In this document: one piece after another, positions 1-9,598 of the stretch | How the letters are laid out: each line of letters opens with the position of its first letter | How positions within the stretch are numbered: the stretch's first letter is position 1 | Assembly: GCA_001774495.1 (NCBI GenBank) | Contig: MFAE01000002.1 | Coordinates: 42,372 to 106,371 of the forward strand | Length of the DNA: 64,000 nt | DNA from: Candidatus Campbellbacteria bacterium RIFOXYC2_FULL_35_25 | GTDB lineage: Bacteria; Patescibacteriota; Minisyncoccia; Phycocordibacterales; UBA12079 | Direction: 5' to 3' | Translations under genes and position numbers: made by a program | The notes under the pieces: generated by a model | What the model was told of the DNA's origin: nothing | Database searches by the model: none | Seen by the model: only the letters and a program-made list of their open reading frames with translations

Positions 1-237
1 TGACAGTACTTTTGTGAGTAAATTGCAGAAGTGAAAATCTGATCAGTGCGACCTAAACCAAATTATTGGTCGGTCAACGGATAATCAGCAGGAAAGACTT
101 GTAATATTTACAAGAATCCTCAGAGACTAAACGCTGAACTAATCTTTAGATTAGAAAATATAGTCCGATCTTATTGGCGACAATAAGGAATAATATACTC
201 CGGTATCGTTCACAGATTAATGTCTGTAACATAAATG
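1..237 (+). mobile_element. Group I intron in 23S rRNA (3' part; site near E. coli 23S position 2262)
   Basis: Core motifs AATCAGCAGG (Q), CAGAGACTAAA (R), AATATAGTCC (S); ends in G237, then 23S resumes with CCTAAAAAGTAACGGAGGAG. Confidence 0.88.
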
Positions 238-571
238 CCTAAAAAGTAACGGAGGAGCCTATTAAGGTCAGCTAAGCGCGAATGGAAACCGTGCTGATAG
301 TGTAATGGCACAAGCTGGCTTGACTGCAAGACGTACATGTCGAGCAGGTGCGAAAGCAGAGCATAGTGAACCGAAGGTCCGCTTTAGATGCGGCCTAAGA
401 TTAACGGATAAAAGCTACCCTGGGGATAACAGGCTGGTTCCGCCTAAGAGTTCATATCGACGGCGGAGTTCGGCACCTCGATGTCGGCTCATCTTATCCT
501 GGGGCTGGAGAAGGTCCCAAGGGTTTGGCTGTTCGCCAATTAAAAAGATACGCGAGCTGGGTTCAGACCGT
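238..571 (+). rRNA. rrl: 23S rRNA exon (domain V, peptidyl-transferase region)
   Basis: Universal motifs GGATAACAGGCTG, GGCACCTCGATGTCGGCTC, GAGCTGGGTTCAGACCGT. Confidence 0.97.
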
Positions 572-929
572 AAAGTAGCAAAGCTACTTTAAATTTAAAA
601 TGCAAGTTTCAAAAATCAAAATGACGATGAAAAATGTAAAAATAATTTAAAGTTTACTTAGCTGTTTTACAGTCTGAATCAAAACAAAACAAAGAGTTTT
701 TTCGTCTTTGAAAAAGAAAAGAAACCAACCAAACACGGCGGTCCATAAGAAGTAATTCTTATGAGAAAAAGTCGACTTATATCGGTGAAACCCTATCAAT
801 TTTTTTGAGGGCAATACCGAGGGAAGAATTTAATATTCGCCCGTAGAGACTAAATGTTGACATCCAATTATTTATAATTGGAATGTGTTATAGTCCGATC
901 CCTTCAGTAATGAAGGTTAAAACAAAATG
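572..929 (+). mobile_element. ORF-less group I intron at 23S position ~2593
   Basis: Splits GACCGT|CGTGAGACAG; IGS CACGGCGGTC (~734-743) pairs with both exons; P ATCGGTGAA, Q AATACCGAG, R GTAGAGACTA, S TTATAGTCC; terminal G929. Confidence 0.92.
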
Positions 930-992
930 CGTGAGACAGGTTGGTCTCCTATCTGCTGCAGGCGTTGATTCTTGAGAAGATTTGCTCCTAGT
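930..992 (+). rRNA. rrl: 23S rRNA exon (63 nt, ends in the 5' half of the sarcin-ricin loop)
   Basis: CGTGAGACAGGTTGGTCTCCTATC...GCTCCTAGT. Confidence 0.95.
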
Positions 993-1832
993 AAATTTTG
1001 CTACTTTCCGTCGAAAGACGGATTGAAAATGTGGCTATAACGGTGAAACCTTCATATGATTGTTGTTCGAGTATTTAACATACTTTCGGTCTCTGTATGT
1101 TACAATATGCTTGAGGACCGCAATCCTCTTTAAGGCAATACCGTGGGAAGTCGATCTAAAACTCATACAAATAATTTAGCGTACATCGCAGGTTTTCTTG
1201 ATGGTGATGGCAGTTTGATGTTACAAATCAAAAAACGTTCCGATACAAAACGGGGCGTAAGGTTTATGGCAACAATCTGCTTATATCAAGATACCCGCCA
1301 TGAAAAACCACTTTTGTGGATGCGTAAAGTGTTTGGAATCGGATATATTTCTCGTCGAAAAGACGGAATATCCGAATTACGAATTAATGGTTACAAAACA
1401 GTAAAAGAAATTCTTTTGCAATTGCAACCTTTTATAAAGTTTAAGTCTATTCAGACAAAAGCTCTTATAGAATCTTGTACTATGTTAGAAATCGTTAAAA
1501 TAAGTGATATGACCAAACAACAATTACGTAAAATAGTTGATTTAGCATTTATAATCAGAAAAGAAAATTATGCTAGTCACAGTACGTTAAATAAAAAAGA
1601 TTTGTACGAGCGTTTAGGTTTGACCCCGTAACGACTTGTTTGTAGAAAATAACCTTTCTGCAACAGACGTATAAATGTGTTGAATCATTTTGTAAAAGAG
1701 TGACAACCTTTATATGTAACACGCCACCACCCCTAGTCCTAAATTCATGAGGAAAGGGTGAAGATATAGTCTGTGCTCCTAGAAATAGGGGAAATTGAAT
1801 TTAATAATATTAATTATTAAATGAAAAACACG
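993..1832 (+). mobile_element. Group I intron inside the sarcin-ricin loop (after U2656, E. coli numbering), with homing endonuclease
   Basis: Splits CTCCTAGT|ACGAGAGGACCGG; P1 TAGT/GCTA with U-G; P AACGGTGAA, Q AATACCGTG, R GTAACGACT, S AAGATATAGTC; terminal G1832. Confidence 0.92.
1143..1631 (+). CDS. Single-motif LAGLIDADG homing endonuclease
   Basis: YIAGFLDGDGS motif, 162 aa, intron-encoded; start overlaps Q, stop overlaps R. Confidence 0.93.
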   Translation: MGSRSKTHTNNLAYIAGFLDGDGSLMLQIKKRSDTKRGVRFMATICLYQDTRHEKPLLWMRKVFGIGYISRRKDGISELRINGYKTVKEILLQLQPFIKFKSIQTKALIESCTMLEIVKISDMTKQQLRKIVDLAFIIRKENYASHSTLNKKDLYERLGLTP

Positions 1833-2060
1833 ACGAGAGGACCGGAGTGAACTAACCTCTGGTGTGCCAGCTGTTCCGCCAGGAGCACTGCTGGGTAGCT
1901 ATGTTGGGAATGGATAACCTCTGAAAGCATCTAAGAGGGAAGCCAACTTCAAGATAAGGAATCGTTTAAGATCCCTGAGAGATGATCAGGTTGATAGGCT
2001 CTAGGTGTAAGTGTAGTAATATATTTAGCCGAGGAGTACTAATTCATCGATTTTCTTATT
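1833..2060 (+). rRNA. rrl: 23S rRNA 3' exon (end approximate)
   Basis: ACGAGAGGACCGG, CTGAAAGCATCTAAG, GTTGATAGGC motifs. Confidence 0.93.
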
Positions 2061-2156
2061 AGGAATTTTAAAGAACGTAATTAAAAAGTAGTTTTTAACT
2101 ATAGTCGATAGATTGTAGTTAAAAAGATGTGATTAAATTTTACCATTATTCAAATA

Positions 2157-2500
2157 TTGAGAACTGAAATGAGGTTTTGTTCTTGAGCGCAAAAAGTGTA
2201 TATGGGCACATTCTCTTAACTCGTTTTTGACACAAGGCTTTTGACACATCGACAGGTTGTATAGCGCGGTGTTATTAGCGAAAGTACTACTCTTAAATGG
2301 GGAGAATAGGGCGTGGTTCGAATCCCGTTGAGCGTTCATTTAATTGTATCGGGGGATACGGTCCCTATCCACACAAATTGGCTTGTTGCTGGTTACTCCT
2401 AAAGGGTAAAAAAGAGGCAAGTCTGGGGGCCGTATCAACCGACCATTTTGAGGAATTAGTGCTTTTTGCGCGAAGTTCCTCACTTCATTTCAGTTCTCAA
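2157..2500 (+). ncRNA. Putative structured RNA in the 23S-5S spacer (tRNA-like domain plus rod hairpin inside a long stem)
   Basis: Perfect 16-bp IR 2157-2172/2485-2500, inner helix 2187-2197/2461-2471, T-loop GGTTCGAATCC 2315-2325, hairpin 2349-2442. Confidence 0.55.
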
Positions 2501-2548
2501 ATTATTCAATTTCAAAATTAAATAAGTTTCAACAAAATCAAGTATTTT

Positions 2549-2658
2549 GTGTTGGTGCTTCGTCGGAAGGGGTACACCCGTTCTCATTCCGCACACGGCA
2601 GTTAAGCCTTCTAGAGCCGATGATACTCTTTATGGGGAAAGTAGGTAGGCGCCAACAC
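2549..2658 (+). rRNA. rrf: 5S rRNA
   Basis: Terminal stem GTGTTGGTGC/GCGCCAACAC, CACCCGTTCTCATTCCG, GTTAAGC, GAAAGTAGGT; flanking processing stem AAATCAAGTA/TACTTGATTT. Confidence 0.93.
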
Positions 2659-2812
2659 TAAGTACTTGATTTTTTTGTTACCTATTTTTGCTTTTATACA
2701 CAAAACAAGTTGGGGGAGGTAGGTAGCTTTTTTTCGAAGAAAAAAAGAAATAACAACACTAAGTACTTGATTTTTTTGTTACCTATTTTTGCTTTTATAT
2801 ATACAAAACAAG
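2654..2812 (+). repeat. Direct duplication of the 5S 3' end plus trailer
   Basis: AACACTAAGTACTTGATTTTTTTGTTACCTATTTTTGCTTTTATA at ~2654 and ~2754. Confidence 0.85.
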
Positions 2813-2881
2813 CTGGATTAAGTTAGCTTTTACAGGCTTTTTACACTTGCTACTTAATACTTACTACTTTATACTAATGCT

Positions 2882-3634
2882 ATGTCTTGGTCATCTAGAA
2901 GAAGAACAATTTATTTTGGACTCTTTGCAATGTTTTTGTTGGGTATTTTTTATTCCAGTTTTTACTCATTTTTTTATAAACCCCCCACTTGTTTTGATGG
3001 AAAACAGAATCAAACAGAACAAGGCGTTGATTGTGGTTTCCCTTGTTCATCCGTTTGTAGCTTCCAAACTATGGAGCCAGTTGTTTTGTGGAGTCGAGTG
3101 TTTAAATTAACTAACGATGTTTATAATGCGATGGCTTTAGTTGAAAACGCTAATAGCGAAGCAGAAGCTTTTGGAGTTCCTTATTCTTTTAAAGTCTATG
3201 ATGATAAAAATGTTTTAATATATGAGAGGATCGGAAAAGTTGATCTTTTGGCGAACAGTACTGTGCCAATTTTTGAAAGAACTATTGTGACCGGGGAAAG
3301 AACGCCCCAAAGAACTTTTTTTGAATTTTCTGAAGAGATAAAATGGGAAAAAGCTATAAAAGAACAGCCAGATTTGTTTGTAAAGAATAAGGAGCTTTCT
3401 TATGATAATGGTAAACCTCGCTTAAACGTAACTATAGAAAATCAAACACTAAAAAGTTTTAATAATATTGAGATTACCGCTATTGTTTTTGACAAAGAAG
3501 GTAACGCCATAAATGTTTCTCAGACGATTATTAACTCGTTACCAAAATCTTCCTCAGAAGATGTGGTTTTTACTTGGTCTGAGCCCTTCGTTTCTGAGCC
3601 CGGGAGAACAACAATAATCCCGCTGGTTAAATAG
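2882..3634 (+). CDS. Membrane-anchored extracellular protein with Cys-rich CxDGxxNxxExGVDCG motif
   Basis: N-terminal TM, CFDGKQNQTEQGVDCGFPC, beta-rich C-terminus. Confidence 0.7.
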   Translation: MSWSSRRRTIYFGLFAMFLLGIFYSSFYSFFYKPPTCFDGKQNQTEQGVDCGFPCSSVCSFQTMEPVVLWSRVFKLTNDVYNAMALVENANSEAEAFGVPYSFKVYDDKNVLIYERIGKVDLLANSTVPIFERTIVTGERTPQRTFFEFSEEIKWEKAIKEQPDLFVKNKELSYDNGKPRLNVTIENQTLKSFNNIEITAIVFDKEGNAINVSQTIINSLPKSSSEDVVFTWSEPFVSEPGRTTIIPLVK

Positions 3635-3636
3635 CT

Positions 3637-4758
3637 ATGTTTTTCAATTTGAAAACGGACGTTGATTGGATTTTATTTTTTTCGGCTTTGACAATAGTTG
3701 GTGCTGGTCTCATCACAATGAACTCTTTTGTTGGAGAAAACTATTTTTTTGAAAAACAGCTAATTTGGTCTCTTGTCTCAGTATTTGTTTTCTTTTTGTT
3801 TAGTTTTTTTGACTTTAGTTTTCTAAAACAAACAAAGGTTCTTATCTTTATTTTTTCTTTTTTTGTTCTTCTTTTATCAACCCTTTTTTTTATAGGGAGT
3901 GTCTTTAAAGGGGCACAGAGCTGGTTCGATTTAGGACTTTTTTCTTTTCAGCCGGCTGATTTTGTGAAATTGGTCATTATCTTATTGCTTGCAAAATATT
4001 TCTCGAAGAGACATGTTGAAATAGCTCACATAAAACATATCTTAATTTCTGGTATTTACGCTTTTATTTTCTTTGTTTTAGTTTTATTACAGCCAGATTT
4101 TGGATCGGCTATTATTATTTTTATGATTTGGTTAGGGATGGTGCTCGTTTCTGGTATTTCAAAAAAACACCTTCTGGCTGTTTTCACCGTTGGCGTCCTC
4201 GCATTCGCTGTTTTGTGGGGATTTGTTTTTCAGGATTATCAAAAAAATAGAATCACTACGTTTCTACACCCCTTGGCCGATATCCAAGGAGCAGGATATA
4301 ACGCTTTCCAGTCTACCATTGCTGTTGGTTCAGGGCAGATGCTAGGGAAGGGAGTTGGTTTTGGGACACAGTCTCGTCTTCAGTTTTTACCCGAGTATGA
4401 AACAGACTTCATTTTTGCATCTTTTGCCGAGGAGTGGGGTTTTGTTGGTGTTTTAATCTTATTTTTTCTTTTCGCGGTGGTTATCTGGAGAATCTTGCTG
4501 ATTTCTGTTAACGGAACATCAAATTTTGAGATTCTTTTTGGCTTAGGGTTAGCTATTATGTTCATTAGTCACTTTATTGTGCATATTGGAATGAATATAG
4601 GCTTGCTCCCTGTTACGGGGGTTACCATTCCTTTTATGAGCTATGGAGGGTCACATTTACTAACTGAATTTACCGGGCTAGGCATTTTAATGGGTATTAA
4701 ACACCACTCTCAAAGATTTCACAAAGACGATATGCAGAATGAGTTTTTGGGGATTTAA
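3637..4758 (+). CDS. rodA: Rod shape-determining SEDS protein RodA
   Basis: GAQSWF, FQPADFVK, QPDFGSA, FLPEYETDFIF, PVTGVTIPFMSYGGS. Confidence 0.9.
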   Translation: MFFNLKTDVDWILFFSALTIVGAGLITMNSFVGENYFFEKQLIWSLVSVFVFFLFSFFDFSFLKQTKVLIFIFSFFVLLLSTLFFIGSVFKGAQSWFDLGLFSFQPADFVKLVIILLLAKYFSKRHVEIAHIKHILISGIYAFIFFVLVLLQPDFGSAIIIFMIWLGMVLVSGISKKHLLAVFTVGVLAFAVLWGFVFQDYQKNRITTFLHPLADIQGAGYNAFQSTIAVGSGQMLGKGVGFGTQSRLQFLPEYETDFIFASFAEEWGFVGVLILFFLFAVVIWRILLISVNGTSNFEILFGLGLAIMFISHFIVHIGMNIGLLPVTGVTIPFMSYGGSHLLTEFTGLGILMGIKHHSQRFHKDDMQNEFLGI

Positions 4759-4768
4759 TTCTTTCAGA

Positions 4769-5368
4769 TTAATAAGCGCCAAACAAAATCCAGTTTTTTG
4801 CATTTGGAGTCGATAAAAAAATACTATTGCTTCCTCCCCAAAAAGTTGTATTTTTCATATTTGCAGGTATAGAATTCCAATTTTCGGAAACATTCACCAT
4901 TGCTATTGCGTAATCTTGCATGTTTGCACTTGTTTTGTAGAAGAGCCCATCAAAGGCACCAACGAAGAAGCCAGAAGTGGGTATGGAAGGGTCAATCGGC
5001 CTTGTTTTTAAATAAGGAGAAAGAACTGCTAGTTTGTTTAAATCTCTCCACGCGACAATTCCACATTCCCAACAGTCCATGTTACTAGCCCCTACTGTTG
5101 CGTTGTTTGGGTAACTTCCATTTTCATTGTAATACATCTCTAAAGCAATTTGAACTTGTTGTAAACCCTGCACTCTTTTAATATCTCTCGCTTTCGATCT
5201 CGCGCTATTCAAAGAAGCCATTACTACACTTGAAAGCAAGCCAATAATAGAAATAACTACCAACAATTCAATTAAAGTGAAACCTAGGTTGTTTTTTAGT
5301 TTCGCCGTCGCCTTGAATGAATTATTTAAAGAGTTTTTAGTTTTTGTTAAATTTAATTTTTTAAACAT
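4769..5368 (-). CDS. Type IV pilin / GspG-like prepilin
   Basis: GFTLIELLVVISIIGLLSSVV, ARxKARDxKR...ALEMYY...YP. Confidence 0.9.
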   Translation of the reverse strand: MFKKLNLTKTKNSLNNSFKATAKLKNNLGFTLIELLVVISIIGLLSSVVMASLNSARSKARDIKRVQGLQQVQIALEMYYNENGSYPNNATVGASNMDCWECGIVAWRDLNKLAVLSPYLKTRPIDPSIPTSGFFVGAFDGLFYKTSANMQDYAIAMVNVSENWNSIPANMKNTTFWGGSNSIFLSTPNAKNWILFGAY

Positions 5369-5373
5369 ATATT

Positions 5374-5637
5374 TTATTCAGGTATTATTACACCCATTTC
5401 TTTTAATTGTTGTAATTCTTCAATACCCAGTTCTCTTCCCGGAGTAGAATTAGTAGATCCACTTGACCAAATTATTACAATAGTCAGCAATACACAAAGA
5501 ACAATAATCCCTAGCATTACTTTGTTAGCTTGTTTTTCATCTTTTACCCCCATTTTCATAAGAAGTTTTGTTATAAAAGAAACCTTTTCTCCCCGAACTC
5601 TACCCCTTACTTCTTCTTGAAATTCTACGTTTGACAT
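5374..5637 (-). CDS. Small membrane protein
   Basis: One TM segment; directly upstream of the pilin. Confidence 0.65.
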   Translation of the reverse strand: MSNVEFQEEVRGRVRGEKVSFITKLLMKMGVKDEKQANKVMLGIIVLCVLLTIVIIWSSGSTNSTPGRELGIEELQQLKEMGVIIPE

Positions 5638-5817
5638 AGTTTTGTTAATTTTTAATATTAATTAGGTTAATTATAGCTTTTTTTGTATTTTTAGGCATTT
5701 TGTGGGTGGGGATATCTTGGGGCGGGGGAGTGGAGTGAAGAGGTGTAGTTAATTTACTAATATAGTTGGTCATTTGAAGAAGAGAATTGATTATTAAATT
5801 TCTAATAAATCAATTGT

Positions 5818-6987
5818 TTATCCCTCGTAAACAGCCAATGTTTCCCAGGCCATTTTTTCAAGGGAAAATTCTTCCATGACTTTAATTTTTATTTTTTTCC
5901 CAAAATCCGCCACTTCATTTTTATTTTCTAAATAAAATCTTATAGCATTGGCGATTTCTTTTTCTGTTTTGGCCCTTACTATGACACCATTTTTCAGATT
6001 ATCAATAATTTCTTCTGTTCCCCCAACTCTGGTTGAAATAATTGTATTCTCTGCTTGCCCCGCCTCCAGTAATGTGAAAGGGAAGCCTTCTTTGACCGAA
6101 GATAATAAAAATATATCAAAAGCCTTTAAATATATTTTTGCATCTTCTATAAATCCTGTTAGAAAAACATTTTTTTCTAAATTCTCTTTTTCTATTAAAT
6201 TTTCTAAATAGCCCCTGTCCTCACCACTTCCTATTATAATAAATACTCCATCCCAATCATCTCCCAAACTTTTTTTGAGTCTCCCAATAGCTTCTATCGC
6301 GTACTTTAAACCTTTATTTTTCGTTAATTCAGAAATAGTTCCTACCCAAATACAATCTTCAAAATTGACAGTACTCGGAGCACTGTCAATTTTCTTTAAT
6401 AAAAATTTTCTAGCGTCATCCTGATTTAAAAATTCTATTTTTGATATTCCGTTATATATTAAAGTGAATTTTTTGGACACCAAAGGCCAACGGGACACCT
6501 GCTCCAATTCTTTTTTTGAAATAACTATCGTCTCGTGCGACATCACGACTGTCATAAAACTAATAAATTTTATGATGAGTCTTTGCCAATAAGGACGGTC
6601 TTCGTTAAAAGCAAAACCATGAGCAGTAAAAATAATTTTTTTAACCCCTGCAATTCTTCCCGCCAAAGAACCCAGCCCTCCAATCTTTGAACTATTTAAA
6701 TGGATAATATCAGGTTTCTCTTTACTAAAAATATTAATTAAATTTTTGAAAGCTTTTATCTCGTCAAGGAAACTAATATCACGGCCCAAGTTTTCTACTT
6801 TGATTTTTTTAATACCACTAGCATCTAATTTTTCTGTTAGTAACCCCTCTCCTCCATATAAAACAGCAACGTCATATTTATCCTTGGGTAAATTTGTTGC
6901 AAGATTATAGACATACACCTGAGCCCCTCCCCAGTTTGATTTGGTCACTATATAAAATATTTTTATTTTTTTGAGATTCTTACCCAT
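5818..6987 (-). CDS. GT4 family glycosyltransferase
   Basis: GGAQ, KNKG, EGFPFTLLEA, GGTEE. Confidence 0.92.
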   Translation of the reverse strand: MGKNLKKIKIFYIVTKSNWGGAQVYVYNLATNLPKDKYDVAVLYGGEGLLTEKLDASGIKKIKVENLGRDISFLDEIKAFKNLINIFSKEKPDIIHLNSSKIGGLGSLAGRIAGVKKIIFTAHGFAFNEDRPYWQRLIIKFISFMTVVMSHETIVISKKELEQVSRWPLVSKKFTLIYNGISKIEFLNQDDARKFLLKKIDSAPSTVNFEDCIWVGTISELTKNKGLKYAIEAIGRLKKSLGDDWDGVFIIIGSGEDRGYLENLIEKENLEKNVFLTGFIEDAKIYLKAFDIFLLSSVKEGFPFTLLEAGQAENTIISTRVGGTEEIIDNLKNGVIVRAKTEKEIANAIRFYLENKNEVADFGKKIKIKVMEEFSLEKMAWETLAVYEG

Positions 6988-7052
6988 AGTGTAAATTGTA
7001 TCAATTTATGTCTTTCAAAAAAAGCCCCATTGTTGTATTATTTAAGGATATT

Positions 7053-8390
7053 ATGAGTAAAAGGGAATCAGGCCTGCTTTTTGTGGGGGACATACTAGTA
7101 TTTACACTTTCTTTGTGGGTGGTTTTGTTTATTCGTTATTTAGCATTACCTAGTAAAGAAATATTTTTACAACACATTATTCCTTTTTCTATCCTTTTTA
7201 TTTTGTGGTCTCTTATTTTTTTCATAGCGGGTCTTTATGAAAAAAGGGTTCTTATTATAAAAAGAAGGCTGTTCACTAGTATTTTCAACGTTCAGTTGAT
7301 AAATAGCATCATAGCGGCAGCTTTCTTTTACTTTGCATCGTTCTTTAATATTGCTCCAAAAACAAATCTTTTAATCTATTTAGTTGTTTCTTTTCTTTTT
7401 ATTGTAATTTGGAGAGCTTACATTGCTCCTTTTGTGGGAGTCAGGAAAAGAGCCAATGCTATTATCGTTGGAAACAGGGAAGAGATTAACGATATAAAAG
7501 AAGCCATCGAAAAAAATTCTTGGTATAACTTAAATCTTATTTCTACCCTAAATTTAGATAAAATTGATGGCCTAAATTTTCAACAAGATGTTTTGGATTT
7601 GATATACAAAGAAGGGGTCTCTGTTGTTATTGTTGATTTGGATAGTGAAAAAGTTAAACCTCTCTTGTCTCATTTTTATAATTTAATGTTTTCAGATATT
7701 AAGTTTATGAATGCGCATGATGTTTACGAAGATATTTTTGGGAGGATTCCTTTGTCCTTGATTCAATATGATTGGTTCTTAGAAAACATTTCAAATTCAT
7801 CCCACGTTTTTTATGATTCTTTAAAAAGGGTAATGGATGTTTTCGTTTCTCTTATTTTAGGGATCATTTCTTTGTTTTTATATCCATTTGTTTATATCGC
7901 AATAAAACTAGAAGATAAAGGACCAATTTTTTATTCTCAAGAAAGAATAGGACAAGGGGGAAAAAGAATAAAGATTCTAAAATTTAGAAGTATGAAAACC
8001 AATGATTCAGGGATGTGGATAGACGAAGGAGATAAGACAACCAAGGTGGGGAGATTTTTAAGAAAGACCAGCATAGACGAATTCCCACAGCTTTGGGGTG
8101 TTTTAAAAGGTGATCAATCTCTCGTTGGACCTCGCCCAGAATTACCCGAATTAGTTGAAGTTTACAGTAAAGAAATCCCTTATTACAACATTAGACACTT
8201 AGAAAAGCCGGGGCTTTCTGGTTGGGCTCAAATCTATCATAAAGAAGCTCCCCACCATAAGACAGACATCGATAAGACAAAAATAAAATTATCATATGAT
8301 TTGTTCTATATTAAACACCATTCATTTATCTTGGATTTGAAAATAGCGCTAAAGACTTTGAAGATATTATTCTTTAGAAAAAGTTTTTAA
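7053..8390 (+). CDS. Polyprenyl-phosphate glycosylphosphotransferase (WcaJ/WbaP-like)
   Basis: KFRSM, IDEFPQL, SLVGPRPE, KPGLSGWAQ; start may lie further upstream (ORF from 6996). Confidence 0.9.
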   Translation: MSKRESGLLFVGDILVFTLSLWVVLFIRYLALPSKEIFLQHIIPFSILFILWSLIFFIAGLYEKRVLIIKRRLFTSIFNVQLINSIIAAAFFYFASFFNIAPKTNLLIYLVVSFLFIVIWRAYIAPFVGVRKRANAIIVGNREEINDIKEAIEKNSWYNLNLISTLNLDKIDGLNFQQDVLDLIYKEGVSVVIVDLDSEKVKPLLSHFYNLMFSDIKFMNAHDVYEDIFGRIPLSLIQYDWFLENISNSSHVFYDSLKRVMDVFVSLILGIISLFLYPFVYIAIKLEDKGPIFYSQERIGQGGKRIKILKFRSMKTNDSGMWIDEGDKTTKVGRFLRKTSIDEFPQLWGVLKGDQSLVGPRPELPELVEVYSKEIPYYNIRHLEKPGLSGWAQIYHKEAPHHKTDIDKTKIKLSYDLFYIKHHSFILDLKIALKTLKILFFRKSF

Positions 8391-8427
8391 GTGATATTAT
8401 AAAAGCATAATAATTAATTTTTAAATT

Positions 8428-8628
8428 ATGAAAAATAAAATAAAATCTGTATTAACAATATTTTCTGTTTTGGCATTAATTTCTATTGCTGTTGCTGGAA
8501 TTATGTTGGTGTTAGATCTTGGAAATGGGCCAGAGATAACGGAGGCTCTTAAAAAGGTAATATATATTTTAGGTATTTTGGTTGTGCTATCTGCTACCGT
8601 TACCGGAATTATTAAAATAAATAAATAA
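8428..8628 (+). CDS. Small two-TM protein
   Basis: Two hydrophobic helices. Confidence 0.6.
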   Translation: MKNKIKSVLTIFSVLALISIAVAGIMLVLDLGNGPEITEALKKVIYILGILVVLSATVTGIIKINK

Positions 8629-8639
8629 ATTTATATAAT

Positions 8640-9461
8640 ATGAAAAAAGGATTTGGTTTAATTGGGATTTTAATAGTTTTAGGATTTATCGCTGTTGTGG
8701 GAGGGGGAGGTTATTTTTATTTAAATAACAGAACAACGCATCTTCTTCATTTTGATAAAACGGTATCAAATCTTGAAATTAGTTGTCAAAAAGATGACGA
8801 TTGTGAGCTTGTTAGTCTGGCTAGTGGATGTGGTGGCCTTACTTCTATTAATAGATTAAATAATCAAGATGATATTGAAAAATTTAATAAAAAAGAAGAA
8901 GCTTTGTTAAGCACTGTTGTTTTTGATTGCGATCTCCCTATGGAAAAATATAATTATAAAGCAATATGCGACAGCGGAGTTTGTAGTATCAAGGAAAATG
9001 AAATTGTAAATTGGGGAACTTACATAAATGAAGAGTTTGGGTTTGAAGTTAAATACCCCAAAGATTTTAATTTAAATATAACAAAAGATTTGCCAATTAA
9101 AATAACAATTTCCAACCAAATTAAACCATCGGCAAACGATTACCTAGGTGGACGGGAGGAACTAAATATTACTATTTTTGATGACAATAATAATTATTCC
9201 GATTATTATCAAAGTTATATGGAGTGGGTGAACAGAGATTTTAATGAACCATTTTTGTCTGGGTATAATAACAAAAAGATATTAGATATAAACGGTTATA
9301 AGTTTGTTTCTTTTGAGGTAGTAAGTGGGATGGATGAGGTAAGAGAATATATATTGAAGGGAGATAATAAAACATTTGTTTTGTCGACCTCTGTCGTTGG
9401 TAAAGATAGTAATGATACCAAGTTACAAGAAATTATCTCAACATTCAGGTTTTTAGAATAA
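8640..9461 (+). CDS. Pilin-leader surface protein with Cys-rich and PsbP-like domains
   Basis: MKKGFGLIGILIV leader; CQKDDDC; WGTYINEEFGFEVKYP...ISTFRF. Confidence 0.65.
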   Translation: MKKGFGLIGILIVLGFIAVVGGGGYFYLNNRTTHLLHFDKTVSNLEISCQKDDDCELVSLASGCGGLTSINRLNNQDDIEKFNKKEEALLSTVVFDCDLPMEKYNYKAICDSGVCSIKENEIVNWGTYINEEFGFEVKYPKDFNLNITKDLPIKITISNQIKPSANDYLGGREELNITIFDDNNNYSDYYQSYMEWVNRDFNEPFLSGYNNKKILDINGYKFVSFEVVSGMDEVREYILKGDNKTFVLSTSVVGKDSNDTKLQEIISTFRFLE

Positions 9462-9598
9462 AATCAGTATTTACTAAATATTATACAGCTTTGAACAAAG
9501 CTCAAAATCTATTCCTATAGGTTGAGCTACACTGCTAGGTTTTGCCGATTTCCTAATAGGAGATTCAGAATCTTAAAATTTGTGATAAAATTATATTT

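Noticed and set aside
305-592. 95-aa ORF, and the ORFs at 43532-44725
   Set aside because: They lie within 23S or 16S rRNA; shadow ORFs
2297-2445. Permuted tmRNA, SRP RNA or RNase P RNA in the spacer
   Set aside because: No Ala-type acceptor pairing, no SRP GGAA domain-IV motif, no RNase P GAGGAAAGUCC motif
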